Counted from the first letter of the stretch, positions 38,978 to 50,013 are shown. The stretch: DNA of 64,000 nucleotides from Desulfosoma sp. (GCA_037481835.1 JBBFKW010000007.1:32214-96213); one strand, 5' to 3'. Made by a program: numbers and translations. The notes: generated by a model not told the origin, from the sequence alone.

Positions 38978-39277
38978 ATGGATAAGGCCATGGTGGAACC
39001 TCGAAAAGACCCCTTTACCTATGCCCACTCTTCCGCCTGTGAGGGCGAAGGAGGCCGCACGGGCGATTGGCGCTCCGAAAGGCCTGTGATCGACCCTGAA
39101 AAGTGCACCCCGACGAAAAACAAAAAGCCCTCGTGCTTCCTGTGTTGGCTCTACTGCCCGGAAGGCGTCATCAGCCGGAGCATCCCCGTGGAGATCAATT
39201 ACGAGTATTGTAAGGGTTGCGGCATTTGCGCGGAAGAATGCCCGACCCGAGCCATTGAGATGGTGCCGGAAGAATAA
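38978..39277 (+). CDS. 2-oxoacid:ferredoxin oxidoreductase delta subunit (2x[4Fe-4S])
   Basis: TGDWRSERPVID..KC-x9-CFLCWLYCPE and YEYCKGCGICAEECP. Confidence 0.9.
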   Translation: MDKAMVEPRKDPFTYAHSSACEGEGGRTGDWRSERPVIDPEKCTPTKNKKPSCFLCWLYCPEGVISRSIPVEINYEYCKGCGICAEECPTRAIEMVPEE

Positions 39278-39284
39278 GGGCTTG

Positions 39285-40049
39285 TTATCCGCCGATCTTG
39301 CGGGCGCGGATCACTTCCGTCCAGAAGGGGTCCGCCTCGCAGTTCCGACTCACGATTTCCACGGACCCAAAGCCGACCTCTTCCAAAACCTCTCTCAGCT
39401 CGCCCTCTTCGAGAGACCCGTTCACACACCACAGCCACCCTTCCGGGGGGGATCCCCAGTCGGGAGGAAGGGGGCCGGTACGGACGAGGTCCAGCATCAA
39501 GAGGGCTCCCGTCTTTTTCAAGACCCTGTGGACTTCGGCCAAGAGCTTTTCTTTCGTCTCGAAGAGGTTGAAAACCCCGTTCATGAGCACGAGATGGAAA
39601 GCTTCGCGATGGAAGGGAAGGCGCTCCCCGTCGGCCTGAACCCAATAAACTCGAGGAGGGTCCGCGCCATGGCCGCCAAGCCGGGGATCAATGAACGCTT
39701 TTCCGAGGGAGAGGGCTTCACGGGCCACATCCACATTGATGATAGGGCCGACGGGCGCCGTTTTTGCCGGAAGCAGAAAGAACCCATCCAGGCCCACGCC
39801 GGCCCCAAGGTTCAGAACGCTCGCCCCCGGGGGCAACCCGGAAGGAATCCACGGCACCGGGTTGCCGCAGGGAAAAAATCGGGCCCACAAGGCTTCGGGC
39901 ACCATGTCCACCAGGCGGGCATCGTACCCGAGCCTTCGCGCCAGGGCTTTGCCATGGACAATAGGGAGATCCTTATGGGCTCCGTCGCGATAGAGGCGCC
40001 GGTAACCATCCTGAACGAAGGCTTTCACGCGATCTCGGCACTCCGGCAT
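39285..40049 (-). CDS. Class I SAM-dependent methyltransferase (ArsM-like)
   Basis: FPCGNP, VLNLGAGVGLDG, ADGERLPF, NGVFNL, EVHRVLK, W.WCVNG. Confidence 0.8.
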   Translation of the reverse strand: MPECRDRVKAFVQDGYRRLYRDGAHKDLPIVHGKALARRLGYDARLVDMVPEALWARFFPCGNPVPWIPSGLPPGASVLNLGAGVGLDGFFLLPAKTAPVGPIINVDVAREALSLGKAFIDPRLGGHGADPPRVYWVQADGERLPFHREAFHLVLMNGVFNLFETKEKLLAEVHRVLKKTGALLMLDLVRTGPLPPDWGSPPEGWLWCVNGSLEEGELREVLEEVGFGSVEIVSRNCEADPFWTEVIRARKIGG

Positions 40050-40149
40050 TTGTCGTTCCCCGACCGTTGTCAGCCCCGGCGGCGCATGCTAAAAAAAGCT
40101 ATCGTCTGTGCATCGGCGCTGTGTCTCCAAGAGAAAAAGGGGGAAGAAG

Positions 40150-40437
40150 ATGGCTATTCGAGTGCTCATCGAACGGATCGTGGACCCCGAAAATGAGCTG
40201 CGCGTTCAACAAAAGCTTGTGGAGCTTCGAGCCAAGGCGATGCAAACCGGGGGGTACATCTCCGGGGAGACCTTGCGCGCCGTCAACAACCCGCAAAAAT
40301 TCCTCGTCATCAGTACCTGGGCCAGCTTGGACGATTGGAAAGCCTGGGAAAGAAACCCCGAGCGCGAAAGGATCCAAAAGGAGATTGACGCGCTGTTGAG
40401 GGCGCCGTCCAGAGTGGAAGTCTACGCGTACACTTAG
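40150..40437 (+). CDS. Antibiotic biosynthesis monooxygenase (ABM) family protein
   Basis: GGYISGETL, LVISTWASLDDWKAW; AGGGGG RBS before ATG 40150. Confidence 0.85.
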   Translation: MAIRVLIERIVDPENELRVQQKLVELRAKAMQTGGYISGETLRAVNNPQKFLVISTWASLDDWKAWERNPERERIQKEIDALLRAPSRVEVYAYT

Positions 40438-40458
40438 AGTTTGCCCGACAATAAAAAA

Positions 40459-40541
40459 ATGGCGATGTTTTTCCTGCGAGCGCGGGTCTGCGGCCCGCTT
40501 GTGGGGCGGGCGAGACACCCGCGCTCCCGGGAGAAAGCCAT
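40459..40541. repeat. GC-rich imperfect inverted repeat (REP/REPIN-like hairpin)
   Basis: GAGCGCGGGT..GCCCGC / GCGGGC..ACCCGCGCTC arms at 40478-40526, with outer ATGGC..TTTTTCC / GGAGAAAGCCAT pairing; lies between convergent genes. Confidence 0.6.
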
Positions 40542-40759
40542 TCTCGCACACGTTCCTAGAGCTTCTCCGACAATGGCCAATGGGCCACGTTACCATGAAA
40601 GCCGAGCTCAAAGGGTCGGAAGGCCGGATTTTCATGGTTCGCTGTTTCTCCCCGGCGCTGGAACCCGGCAAAAATCGCGGACGCGGTGACCCACGCGCTG
40701 TCATTTCGACACTGCCGCTTGCGCGGGAGTCACGGTATGGCAAGTTCCCGGACACGCGC

Positions 40760-41332
40760 CTAGGCCTGAGGCGCCCGGGGCTTTCGTTTGGAGAAGAAGC
40801 GGTCCCGTTCACTATAGATGCAGCCGCAGTACTGCTGCCGATAAAGCCCCAGGGCTTGGGCTTTTTTCTGTCCTTCCGCCCATCCCTCCCGAAAATCGGC
40901 GTAATGGAAAGGGATGGAAAATCGTGACGCGGCCTCGCCGGCGATCTGTCGAATCATGTCGTGGTTCTGTCGCTTACTGTAAAGAAGGGTGGTGGTAAAG
41001 GCGTCGAATCCGCTCTTTTTGGCAAGCCGCGCCGTCGTTTCGATTCTTTTCGCGTAGCAGTAAAGGCACCGTCGGCTTTCTCGAAAGGCGACCTCCCTGA
41101 AAAATTCCTCTAGTTCGTAATCCTCTCGAACGATCATCGGAACATCGGCTGTCGCCGCCACTGTCCGAGCCGTTTCCAGGCGCCTCTGCCATTCCTGATA
41201 GGGCTGGATGTGGGGATTGTAGAAAAACCCATGGATCTTCCATCCCTCGGCGGCCAGGACGTCCAGGGGGTAGAGAAGGCAAGGGCCGCAGCAAGCGTGG
41301 ATCAAAATGCGTCCCGGATCCTTCGGGCTCAT
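40760..41332 (-). CDS. queH: Epoxyqueuosine reductase QueH (DUF208)
   Basis: LIHACCGPC, FYNPHIQP, RCLYCY, FTTTLLYS, YRQQYCGCIYS. Confidence 0.9.
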   Translation of the reverse strand: MSPKDPGRILIHACCGPCLLYPLDVLAAEGWKIHGFFYNPHIQPYQEWQRRLETARTVAATADVPMIVREDYELEEFFREVAFRESRRCLYCYAKRIETTARLAKKSGFDAFTTTLLYSKRQNHDMIRQIAGEAASRFSIPFHYADFREGWAEGQKKAQALGLYRQQYCGCIYSERDRFFSKRKPRAPQA

Positions 41333-41354
41333 GGTTTCCTCCTCACCCCGCCCC

Positions 41355-42812
41355 TCATGCCGGGCAATGACCCCGCTGGCTCCGCTCCCGAAGGGCTTCG
41401 CACAACCGTGCGGGAATGCCGTCCATGCTCCCGTTACTCATGAGGACCACCACGTCTCCGTGCCGTAATTCCTTCAAAAGGGCGGGCACCACGGGTTCCC
41501 CTTCATGGAACAGGTGGGCGGGAACGCCATCTTTGCGGATGTCCTGGACCAATTGCACGGTATCCAGCCGTTCTTCGAGGGGGATGGTATGAAATCCGGC
41601 GGGTTCCTTGATGCCGACCCAATGGGCGTCTCGAAAAACGTCCGAGTATTCCTTCTGGAAAAAGCGGCGTCGGCTCGAGTTGGTCCGGGGCTCGAAAACC
41701 GCCAGGAGGCGCCGCCCCGGATGAAAAGCTCTGATGGCCCTCAGCGTTTCGCGAACAGCGGTCGGGTGGTGTGCGAAATCGTCCAGGACGAGAATCCCGT
41801 CTTCTTTATGGATGATTTCCTGCCGTCTTTTCATGCCGCTAAAGCCCGCCAGGGCGGATCCCAGCGGCTCCATGGGAAGGCCCACAAGGCGACAGACGGC
41901 CATGGCGGCGAGGGCATTCAAGGCGTTGTGTCGACCCGGAAGGGGCGAAGACAGAAGATGGCCTTCCCCGTCCGGTGAAACCACGCGAAGGTGCGTCATC
42001 CCGTCCGCTACGTCGGTTTCTTCGAGACGCCACAAGCATTGGGCGCTCGTGCCGTAGGTGATAACCGTTCCAAGGCATGATCGGGCGATATCCAGACATC
42101 GAGGGTCATCGCCGTTGACGACCAAAAAGCCCTCATCAGGAAGGATTCGGCTCAATGCGCGAAAGGCATCGGTGACGTGTTCCACATCCCGGTAAATGTC
42201 CGCGTGGTCGAATTCGATGCTCGTCACCACGGCGATCCACGGCTTGTAGCGCAAGAATTTCGGCTGCTTGTCGAAAAACGCCGTATCGTACTCGTCGCCT
42301 TCCAACACCATGAACGGCCCCCGGCCGATGCGGTAGCTTTGCCCCCATCCTTTGACAAACCCGCCCACGAAAACGGTGGGGTCCAGCCCGGCGGATTCCA
42401 GAAGCCATCCCAGCAAACCTGTGGTGGTCGTCTTGCCGTGCGTGCCGCACACGACCAAGCTTTTCCGGCTGTGTAAGAAGAACCGATCCAATGCCTGAGG
42501 CATGGAGAGCAACGGCAGGCCAAGGGCCCGCGCCTGACTCACTTCGGGATTGTCTTTGCGGATGACGTTTCCCACTATCACCGCATCGGGCTGAGTTTCC
42601 ACAAGGTTCTGCGGATTCCATCCCGGCAGGACGGGAATGGATTTTTCCGCAAGAAAGGTACTCATGGGTGGATAGACGTTGGTGTCGGAACCGACGACAT
42701 CGTAGCCTTGGTCTTTCAGCATGCAGGCGAGGGTGCCCATGGCGATGCCGCTGACGCCCATAAAATAGATCCGGTTCGGTCGGGCGGCTTCTGTCGATGC
42801 GGCGGATATCAT
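41355..42812 (-). CDS. mpl: Murein peptide ligase (MurC/Mpl family)
   Basis: GVSGIAMGTLA, GSDTNVYPPMS, GTHGKTTT, EGDEYDTAFFDK, EFDHADIY, DDFAHHPT, FEPRTNS. Confidence 0.9.
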   Translation of the reverse strand: MISAASTEAARPNRIYFMGVSGIAMGTLACMLKDQGYDVVGSDTNVYPPMSTFLAEKSIPVLPGWNPQNLVETQPDAVIVGNVIRKDNPEVSQARALGLPLLSMPQALDRFFLHSRKSLVVCGTHGKTTTTGLLGWLLESAGLDPTVFVGGFVKGWGQSYRIGRGPFMVLEGDEYDTAFFDKQPKFLRYKPWIAVVTSIEFDHADIYRDVEHVTDAFRALSRILPDEGFLVVNGDDPRCLDIARSCLGTVITYGTSAQCLWRLEETDVADGMTHLRVVSPDGEGHLLSSPLPGRHNALNALAAMAVCRLVGLPMEPLGSALAGFSGMKRRQEIIHKEDGILVLDDFAHHPTAVRETLRAIRAFHPGRRLLAVFEPRTNSSRRRFFQKEYSDVFRDAHWVGIKEPAGFHTIPLEERLDTVQLVQDIRKDGVPAHLFHEGEPVVPALLKELRHGDVVVLMSNGSMDGIPARLCEALRERSQRGHCPA

Positions 42813-44005
42813 AAAGAAACTCCCTTAGTTGACGCTGGAAGGAAACGACCTTGGGAAAGCACAATTTGCATGATCTTATCATGCACCAGGGGGCGAAACA
42901 GGCGGATCCGATCATCATCGCGATGGGGATGGATGCGGTTGGTCAAAAGAATCACCGTCACCGCCCGATCCAGATCCATCCAGAAGGACGTGCCGGTGAA
43001 TCCCAGATGGCCGATGGTGTTTGGAGAAAAGAACCGACCGGCGCTGGACCCTTGGGCGCTGGGACGATCGAACCCCAGGCACCCCCTGTCCCCGAAGGGT
43101 TTTTCCAAAAGCTCTTGCCCTTCCATGAACACTCGGGCGGTTTCGGGCGTGACGGCCAAAAGAAGCTCGGAGCGCTCACCTCCGTAAAGGCGCAGAAGGC
43201 TTTGGGCCCATTGCCATACATCGTCCACAGAGCCGAAAAGGCCTGCATGGCCGGCCACACCGTTCAGGCACCAGGCGTTTTCGTCGTGGACTTCCCCGCG
43301 CATGAGTCGCCCCCTCCATGGGCATCGTTCCGTTGCCACGCATGTCCTGTGGGTCTCCTTTTCCTGCGGGATGGCAAAAAGGGGGATGTCCTTTTCCGTG
43401 TGGGCTTCGAACCGACGGTATCCCAGATGCCACGGTTTTCCTGGAAGGCGGATCCGCTCGGCGAACAATCGATCAAGAGTCATCCCGGAGACGTCTTCCA
43501 GGATCCACCCCAAGAGCAGATAGCCCAGGTCGCTGTAGAGCCTTGCAGAGCCGGGTTTGTGCACAAGGGGTTCTTGGAGGATCCATCCCATGAGAACATT
43601 TTTTCGGTTTTTCGGGGGGACGCTGATCAGTTCGCGAAAATAGGGCCGGTAATGGGGAAGACCCGATCGGTGGGAAAGAAGGTGTTCCACGGTGAGCGCC
43701 CGCTTGCCTTCGGGAAGCACACGAGATGGGAAGAACCGGCTGAGTGGGTCATGCAAGCGGATGAGGCCTTCCGAGACGAAAACCATGAAAAGGGTTGCGG
43801 TGGCCATGGGTTTGGTAAGGGAGGCCAAATCAAAGAGGGACGATGAATGGACGGGTTCCGCACCGGGGTCGAAGGAGACGGTGCCCCAGGAGCCGGAAAA
43901 GACCTTGTGGCGCCCCACTGCGACGAGCAGGCAGGCTCCTGAAAAAACCCCATCGAAAAGGGCCGATTGAAAGAGAGGAGATACGGCGTGTTCCAAGGAT
44001 GTCAT
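42809..44005 (-). CDS. Beta-lactamase-family serine hydrolase
   Basis: FDLASLTK (SxxK), LLSHRSG, YSDLG, GEVHDENA, GHAGLF, GHLGFTGTS, LTNR; ATGA overlap with ldcA. Confidence 0.88.
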   Translation of the reverse strand: MTSLEHAVSPLFQSALFDGVFSGACLLVAVGRHKVFSGSWGTVSFDPGAEPVHSSSLFDLASLTKPMATATLFMVFVSEGLIRLHDPLSRFFPSRVLPEGKRALTVEHLLSHRSGLPHYRPYFRELISVPPKNRKNVLMGWILQEPLVHKPGSARLYSDLGYLLLGWILEDVSGMTLDRLFAERIRLPGKPWHLGYRRFEAHTEKDIPLFAIPQEKETHRTCVATERCPWRGRLMRGEVHDENAWCLNGVAGHAGLFGSVDDVWQWAQSLLRLYGGERSELLLAVTPETARVFMEGQELLEKPFGDRGCLGFDRPSAQGSSAGRFFSPNTIGHLGFTGTSFWMDLDRAVTVILLTNRIHPHRDDDRIRLFRPLVHDKIMQIVLSQGRFLPASTKGVSL

Positions 44006-44940
44006 CGCTCGCCGAAAACAGGTTCTTCCGCGTAAAAGCTTTGGGTCGCCGTGTCCAGCCGATACGTGACCCCAAGAGGCAGCACGTGGTTCCAACGACC
44101 GTGTCCGAAAGGCAGGTCCATGACCACGGGGATGCCGTAAGGGAGGACATGTTCCGCAAAGAGGGTGCGGATTTCGTCGGGATCACCGCAGCCGACGAAA
44201 GAACCGCACACCACGGCTTTGACCGCATGGAAGACACCGGCCAGGGCCAAATGGACCAGCATGCGGTCGATGCGGTACGGCGCCTCGTTCTTGTCCTCGA
44301 GAAAAAGCAATCGTCCCTGGAAGTTCGGTGCCCAGGGCGTTCCCAAAAGGTGGGTGATACAGGTGAGATTGCCGCCCACCAGGGGGCCGGAAGCCCTTCC
44401 TTCATGAAGGATCTGGTGCCGTTCAAGCGGCCAGGAAAAAGCCCTTCGCCCTTCCAGAAACGCCAGCGTCTCGGAACAGTCGGCGGGATGGTCGGCCCAT
44501 TCCACGGCATTGGGGCCGTGAAAGGTGATCCATCCGGCTACGGCTCCCAGCGCGGCATGCAGGAAGGTCACGTCGCTGTAGCCGAGAAAAACCTTGCAGG
44601 GGCCCTTCATATCGGCAAAGGAGAGGCGGCTGAGCAGACGGCTGGAGCCGTAGCCGCCCCGAAGGCAAAAGACGGCATGAACATCAGGGTCTTCCAAGGC
44701 CTCCCACAGGTCTTCCGCTCGAAAGGCATCCTCCCCTGCGAGATATCGGTACCTTTGAAACACGTTCCGACCGAGGCGGACACGATAGCCGATCTGTTCC
44801 AGGCGCGTGCTCACCTTGGCCACCGCGCCTTCGGGAAAAGTCCCCGCCGGGGCGGACAGGGCAATGGTCATGCCCGGCTGCAGGCGCTGCGGTGTCTGGG
44901 CGGGAGCGACCGGGCCATGACGGAAGCGCAGCCCACGCAT
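44002..44940 (-). CDS. ldcA: LD-carboxypeptidase (peptidase S66)
   Basis: RGGYG, GYSDVT, HGP, GGNL, FLED, FGH. Confidence 0.88.
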   Translation of the reverse strand: MRGLRFRHGPVAPAQTPQRLQPGMTIALSAPAGTFPEGAVAKVSTRLEQIGYRVRLGRNVFQRYRYLAGEDAFRAEDLWEALEDPDVHAVFCLRGGYGSSRLLSRLSFADMKGPCKVFLGYSDVTFLHAALGAVAGWITFHGPNAVEWADHPADCSETLAFLEGRRAFSWPLERHQILHEGRASGPLVGGNLTCITHLLGTPWAPNFQGRLLFLEDKNEAPYRIDRMLVHLALAGVFHAVKAVVCGSFVGCGDPDEIRTLFAEHVLPYGIPVVMDLPFGHGRWNHVLPLGVTYRLDTATQSFYAEEPVFGER

Positions 44941-44942
44941 GG

Positions 44943-45713
44943 TCAGTGCCGGTTCCTATCGAAGAGGATTTTCAGTCCCTTGAGGGTCAAGAAATCGTCG
45001 ACCCTTTCAATGGCGGGGCATTCGCTGGCGATGAGCGACGCAAGGCCTCCCGTGGCCACGACTTTGAGCGGCTTTTGGATTTCGCGCTTCATGCGGGCGA
45101 TGATGCCTTCCACCAGCCCCGCATAGCCGTAGACGATGCCGGCGTTCATGGAAGCGATCGTGTTCTTGGCCAGGATGGATTTGGGTTTGGCGAAGATTTC
45201 CACGCGGGGCAGTTTGGATGCCTTTTGGAACAGAGCCTCGCACGAAATCAAAATGCCCGGGCAGATAACCCCGCCCATGTATTCGCCTCGCTCCGAGACG
45301 TAATCGAAGGTGGTGGCCGTGCCGAAATCCACGACGATGACGGCGGTCTGAAAAGTTTCATAGGCGGCGACGGCATTGACGATCCGGTCGGCTCCCACTT
45401 CCTTGGGATTGTCGTAAAGAATGGGCATGCCGGTTCGGATGCCCGGGCCGACCACGAGGGGTTCCGTGTGGAAATACTTGCGGCAAAAACCCTCGATGTG
45501 GTTCAAGACGGGCGGCACGACGCTGGAGACGATCACGTCGGTGACGACGGAAAGGGGGAGGTTTCGGCTTTCCAGGAGGTTTTTGAGCAAAATGCCGTAT
45601 TCATCCACGGTCATGTGCACTTCCGTGCGGATGCGCCAGTCGTGCACCAAGACCTCTTCGTCGTACAAGCCGAGCACCGTGTTGGTGTTGCCCACATCCA
45701 TGACGAGCAGCAT
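44943..45713 (-). CDS. coaX: Type III pantothenate kinase
   Basis: [28 protein letters not shown]. Confidence 0.93.
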   Translation of the reverse strand: MLLVMDVGNTNTVLGLYDEEVLVHDWRIRTEVHMTVDEYGILLKNLLESRNLPLSVVTDVIVSSVVPPVLNHIEGFCRKYFHTEPLVVGPGIRTGMPILYDNPKEVGADRIVNAVAAYETFQTAVIVVDFGTATTFDYVSERGEYMGGVICPGILISCEALFQKASKLPRVEIFAKPKSILAKNTIASMNAGIVYGYAGLVEGIIARMKREIQKPLKVVATGGLASLIASECPAIERVDDFLTLKGLKILFDRNRH

Positions 45714-45749
45714 GAAGAAGCTTTCTCCTGAACGCGCGCGGAGGCGGCT

Positions 45750-47108
45750 TTAGGCGTTATTGCAATGTTTCGAGATGAGTTCCGCCAGTTCTTCCGCCAA
45801 TTGGTGGATCAAAGGCTCGTCCCTGCCTTCCAGCATGATGCGGATGACGGGCTCCGTTCCCGAGGGGCGGATGAGGCATCGCCCGTCGGAGCCGAGAATT
45901 GCTTCCACCTTGGCCACTTGGGCCATAATTTCAGGGATTTCTTGGATATCCCTCTTTTGAGCCACCCGGACGTTTTTCAGGGTCTGCGGAAACCTTTCCA
46001 TGACGGCTTTCAATTCCGAAAGGGGTTTTTCCGTTTCCAGCATGACGGATAAAACCTGCAGGGCGGAAAGAATGCCGTCTCCAGTGGTGGTGTGGTCCAT
46101 AAACACGATATGGCCCGACTGTTCGCCGCCCAGGTTCAGTTGGTCCTGAGTCATGCGTTCCACCACGTAACGGTCTCCCACGGCAGTCCTCACCAATCGG
46201 ATGCCCATGTTGCGCAGAGCCACTTCCAGGCCCATGTTGCTCATCACGGTGGCCACAACCGTGCGTTTGCAGAGCTTGCCTTTGTCCGCCAGGTGCTTGG
46301 CGCAAATGGCCATGAGCTGATCCCCGTCCAGGATGTCACCTTTTTCGTCGGCCAGGATGACCCGATCCGCATCCCCGTCGAAGGCGATGCCCAGCTGGGC
46401 CTGGTTTTCCTTGACCAAACGCGCCATATGTTCGGGATGCAGTGAGCCGCACTGATGGTTGATGTTCTTTCCGTTGGGCCGATCGCCCATGAGGATGACC
46501 TGGGCCCCCAATTCTTCAAAGACGGCAGGCGCCACCTTGTAAGCGGCCCCGTGGGCGCAGTCGAGCACGATGCGCATTCCTTCCAGGGTGAGATGGCGTG
46601 GAAAGGTATTCTTCAGGTACACGATGTATCGGCCCTGGGCGTCGTCGATCCTTTTGGCCCGGCCGATTTCGCCCACGTCCGGCCTCGGCAGCGATTCCAC
46701 TTCCCTGGTCAGGATGAGCCGTTCGATTTCGGCTTCCACATCATCGGGCAGTTTGAACCCCGTGTTGGCGAAAATCTTGATCCCGTTGTATTCATAAGGG
46801 TTGTGTGAAGCCGAAATGACGATTCCTGCATCAGCGCGCATGCTCGCGGTGATGAAAGCGATTCCCGGCGTGGGCAGGGGTCCCAGGAGGAGTACATCCA
46901 CCCCCATGGCGCAAATGCCCGCCGTCATGGCGTTTTCGATCATATACCCGGAAAGGCGCGTGTCCTTGCCGATGACGATTTTGGGCCTTCGGTGCCGGCT
47001 TTTAAAAAGATGGGCCGCTGCAAGCCCCACCTTCATGGCGATATCGGTGGTCATGGGAAACTCATTGGCGATGCCGCGAATGCCGTCCGTGCCGAAAAGC
47101 TTTTCCAT
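45750..47108 (-). CDS. glmM: Phosphoglucosamine mutase
   Basis: [42 protein letters not shown]. Confidence 0.95.
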   Translation of the reverse strand: MEKLFGTDGIRGIANEFPMTTDIAMKVGLAAAHLFKSRHRRPKIVIGKDTRLSGYMIENAMTAGICAMGVDVLLLGPLPTPGIAFITASMRADAGIVISASHNPYEYNGIKIFANTGFKLPDDVEAEIERLILTREVESLPRPDVGEIGRAKRIDDAQGRYIVYLKNTFPRHLTLEGMRIVLDCAHGAAYKVAPAVFEELGAQVILMGDRPNGKNINHQCGSLHPEHMARLVKENQAQLGIAFDGDADRVILADEKGDILDGDQLMAICAKHLADKGKLCKRTVVATVMSNMGLEVALRNMGIRLVRTAVGDRYVVERMTQDQLNLGGEQSGHIVFMDHTTTGDGILSALQVLSVMLETEKPLSELKAVMERFPQTLKNVRVAQKRDIQEIPEIMAQVAKVEAILGSDGRCLIRPSGTEPVIRIMLEGRDEPLIHQLAEELAELISKHCNNA

Positions 47109-47128
47109 GGTGTTCTCCACGAGGGTTC

Positions 47129-48010
47129 TTATGGTGACGAAGCTTCGGGCCACAAGGCGTCTCGGAGCGCATCGGCCATCACGGCCGCCTGACGGTGGAC
47201 GTGGACGTCATGCACCCGGACGATATGCGCTCCTGCCGCAATACCGAAGGCGTTGGCGACCGCGGTGCCGATCTCGCGATGTTCCACGGATGCGTCCAGG
47301 ATAGTGCCGATGAAACGTTTTCTCGAGGCGCCGAGCACAATGGGCCGTTCCAGGCAGGCCAGAGTGTCCAGGTCGCGGATGAGGCGTAAATTGTGCGTGA
47401 CCGTTTTGCCGAAGCCGATTCCCGGATCCACAAGGATTTGGTTCCGATCGATGCCCGCCGCCACAGCCGCCCCGATCCGATCTTCCAAGAAGCGGACGAT
47501 TTCGGAAAGAAGCGCCGCGTAACGGGGGGATTCCTGCATGGTCTTGGGCGTGCCGAGCATATGCATCAAGATCACGGGCACCCCGGCTTCGGCGGCGACG
47601 GCCCCCATTTCAGGATCGAAACGCAGAGCGCTCACATCATTCAAAATGTCGGCACCAGCCCGGAAGGCCCGATAGGCCACTTCGGCTTTTGTCGTGTCGA
47701 TGGAAATGGGGATGTCCGTTCGTGATCGGATTTCTTCAATGACAGGAAGAACGCGGCGCAGTTCCTCTTCCACGGAGACGGGATCGGAAAACGGTCGGGT
47801 GGATTCTCCCCCGATATCCAAAATGTCGGCGCCGGCTTCAACCAAAGCCATGGCGCGGGCGACGGCGGCGTCGCGGGTAGCCCATTTGCCGCCGTCGGAA
47901 AAAGAATCGGGGGTCACGTTGACGATCCCCATGAGGAGGGTGCGCCGACCCAGGGTCCAGTCGCGGGATCGCAGCGTGAGGTGGAAAACCGGTCTCGGCC
48001 CGACGTTCAT
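47129..48010 (-). CDS. folP: Dihydropteroate synthase
   Basis: [36 protein letters not shown]. Confidence 0.95.
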   Translation of the reverse strand: MNVGPRPVFHLTLRSRDWTLGRRTLLMGIVNVTPDSFSDGGKWATRDAAVARAMALVEAGADILDIGGESTRPFSDPVSVEEELRRVLPVIEEIRSRTDIPISIDTTKAEVAYRAFRAGADILNDVSALRFDPEMGAVAAEAGVPVILMHMLGTPKTMQESPRYAALLSEIVRFLEDRIGAAVAAGIDRNQILVDPGIGFGKTVTHNLRLIRDLDTLACLERPIVLGASRKRFIGTILDASVEHREIGTAVANAFGIAAGAHIVRVHDVHVHRQAAVMADALRDALWPEASSP

Positions 48011-50013
48011 TTGGTGCCGGCTCCCGGAACGTTCCCGTCGGGTTGTGCGGGGCCGTGATCTTCCGCCCCGACATCTGATGCGGAAGAAGTGCTTTCCCTT
48101 TCAGGGGAAGACGTTCCCGAATCGTCCGCCGCCGACGCGGCGCCCTTGGGCAGCTCCTCACTGGGGGCGGCCGAACCTTGCGGAGTCGTTTCTTCCGCCG
48201 TGCGAGGTCGGGCTAGGTCGGGACGAAGGTCGGCGATGATGCGCTCGATATCCTGATTTTCCAAAGTTTCCTTTTCCAACAACGCGCCCGCAACGGCTTC
48301 CAGGATTTCTCGGTGGCTTTCCAAGATCTCTTTGGCCTTCCGGTAGTTTTCTTCCACGATGCGGCGGACTTCCTGATCGATCTGAATGGCCGTCTGTTCG
48401 CTGTAATCCCTGTGGTGCTGCACGATTTCCCGCCCCAGGAAAACCTGGTCGTCCATCTTGCCGAAACTCAGCGGTCCCATGCGTTCGCTCATGCCCCATT
48501 CGCAGACCATGCGCCGAGCCAGATGGGTTGCCCTTTCGATGTCGTTGGATGCCCCCGTGGTCTGATGGCCGAAGACGATCTCTTCCGCGGCCCGCCCGCC
48601 CATGAGGATCGCAATGTTGTTCAAAAGATACTCTTTCGGGTACGTATGCCTTTCGTCTTGGGGCAGCTGCTGGGTCAACCCCAGCGCCCGGCCTCGGGGG
48701 ATGATGGTCACCTTGTGTACAGGGTCCGTGCCGGGCAGGAGCCGTGCCACCAAAGCATGCCCCGCTTCGTGGTACGCGGTGGTCCGCTTCTCCTCCTCGC
48801 TGAGGATCATGCTCTTGCGTTCCAACCCCATCATCACCTTGTCTTTGGCCTCCTCGAAGTCGGCCATCTCGATCTTGTCCTTGTTGCGTCGAGCGGCCAA
48901 CAGGGCGGCTTCATTCACCAGGTTCTCCAGGTCGGCTCCCGAAAAGCCCGGCGTCCCCTTGGCGAGCGTCTTCACATCCACGTCTTCGGCCAAAGGCTTT
49001 CCCCGCAGGTGCACCGACAGGATGCCCTCACGGCCTCGGATGTCGGGCACCGGGACTACGACCTGGCGGTCGAATCGGCCGGGACGCAGGAGCGCCGGAT
49101 CCAGGACGTCGGGCCGGTTGGTGGCGGAAATCAAAATAACACCTTCGTTGGATTCGAACCCATCCATTTCCACGAGCAACTGGTTTAGGGTCTGTTCCCG
49201 TTCGTCATGGCCCCCGCCCAGCCCTGCCCCTCGATGCCGGCCCACGGCATCGATTTCATCGATAAAGATGATGCAGGGAGCGAACTTCTTGCCTTGCATG
49301 AAAAGGTCCCGCACGCGGGAGGCGCCTACGCCGACGAACATTTCCACGAAATCCGACCCGCTGATGCTGAAGAAGGGCACGCCGGCTTCCCCGGCGATGG
49401 CTCTGGCCAGCAGGGTCTTGCCGGTGCCGGGGGCCCCGACCAAGAGCACCCCCTTGGGGATGCGCCCCCCGAGCCGCGTGAACTTCTTGGGGTCTTTAAG
49501 GAATTCCACGATCTCCTGGAGTTCCTCCTTGGCCTCGTCTACCCCGGCCACGTCCTTGAAGGTCACCTTCCGCGCATCTTCACTCAGGAGCCGGGCACGG
49601 CTCTTGCCGAAACTCATGGCCTTGCCGCCGCCCATTTGCATCTGGCGCATGAAAAAGATCCACACGCCGATCAGGAGCAGCATGGGAAACCAGCTGATGA
49701 GAATCGTCATGTACCACGGGGATTCTTCCTTGGGTTTGGCCTGGATTTCAATCCCGCGCTCCCTCAAAATCCGGATCAGATCGGGGTCCTGGGGCACGAA
49801 GGTGCGAAACGGGCTGCCGTTCACGTACACCCCCAGGATGTGGTCCCCCTGGATGGTGACCTGGGCCACTTCCCCCTTGCGCACGGCATCGAGAAACTGG
49901 CTGTAGGTCGTCTCCAGCCGCGACGTCTGCGGCTGGTTGAACATGTTGAAAAGCAAGATGACCATGAGGCTGATGACCAGCCACAGGGCGAGATTCTTGT
50001 AAAAGGGGTTCAA
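48007..50013 (-). CDS. ftsH: ATP-dependent zinc metalloprotease FtsH
   Basis: Two TM helices, [37 protein letters not shown] before TTG 50013. Confidence 0.97.
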   Translation of the reverse strand: MNPFYKNLALWLVISLMVILLFNMFNQPQTSRLETTYSQFLDAVRKGEVAQVTIQGDHILGVYVNGSPFRTFVPQDPDLIRILRERGIEIQAKPKEESPWYMTILISWFPMLLLIGVWIFFMRQMQMGGGKAMSFGKSRARLLSEDARKVTFKDVAGVDEAKEELQEIVEFLKDPKKFTRLGGRIPKGVLLVGAPGTGKTLLARAIAGEAGVPFFSISGSDFVEMFVGVGASRVRDLFMQGKKFAPCIIFIDEIDAVGRHRGAGLGGGHDEREQTLNQLLVEMDGFESNEGVILISATNRPDVLDPALLRPGRFDRQVVVPVPDIRGREGILSVHLRGKPLAEDVDVKTLAKGTPGFSGADLENLVNEAALLAARRNKDKIEMADFEEAKDKVMMGLERKSMILSEEEKRTTAYHEAGHALVARLLPGTDPVHKVTIIPRGRALGLTQQLPQDERHTYPKEYLLNNIAILMGGRAAEEIVFGHQTTGASNDIERATHLARRMVCEWGMSERMGPLSFGKMDDQVFLGREIVQHHRDYSEQTAIQIDQEVRRIVEENYRKAKEILESHREILEAVAGALLEKETLENQDIERIIADLRPDLARPRTAEETTPQGSAAPSEELPKGAASAADDSGTSSPERESTSSASDVGAEDHGPAQPDGNVPGAGTK

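Noticed and set aside
42809..44005. Beta-lactam resistance gene
   Set aside because: SxxK fold only; no signal peptide, and context (ldcA, mpl) points to cell-wall recycling.
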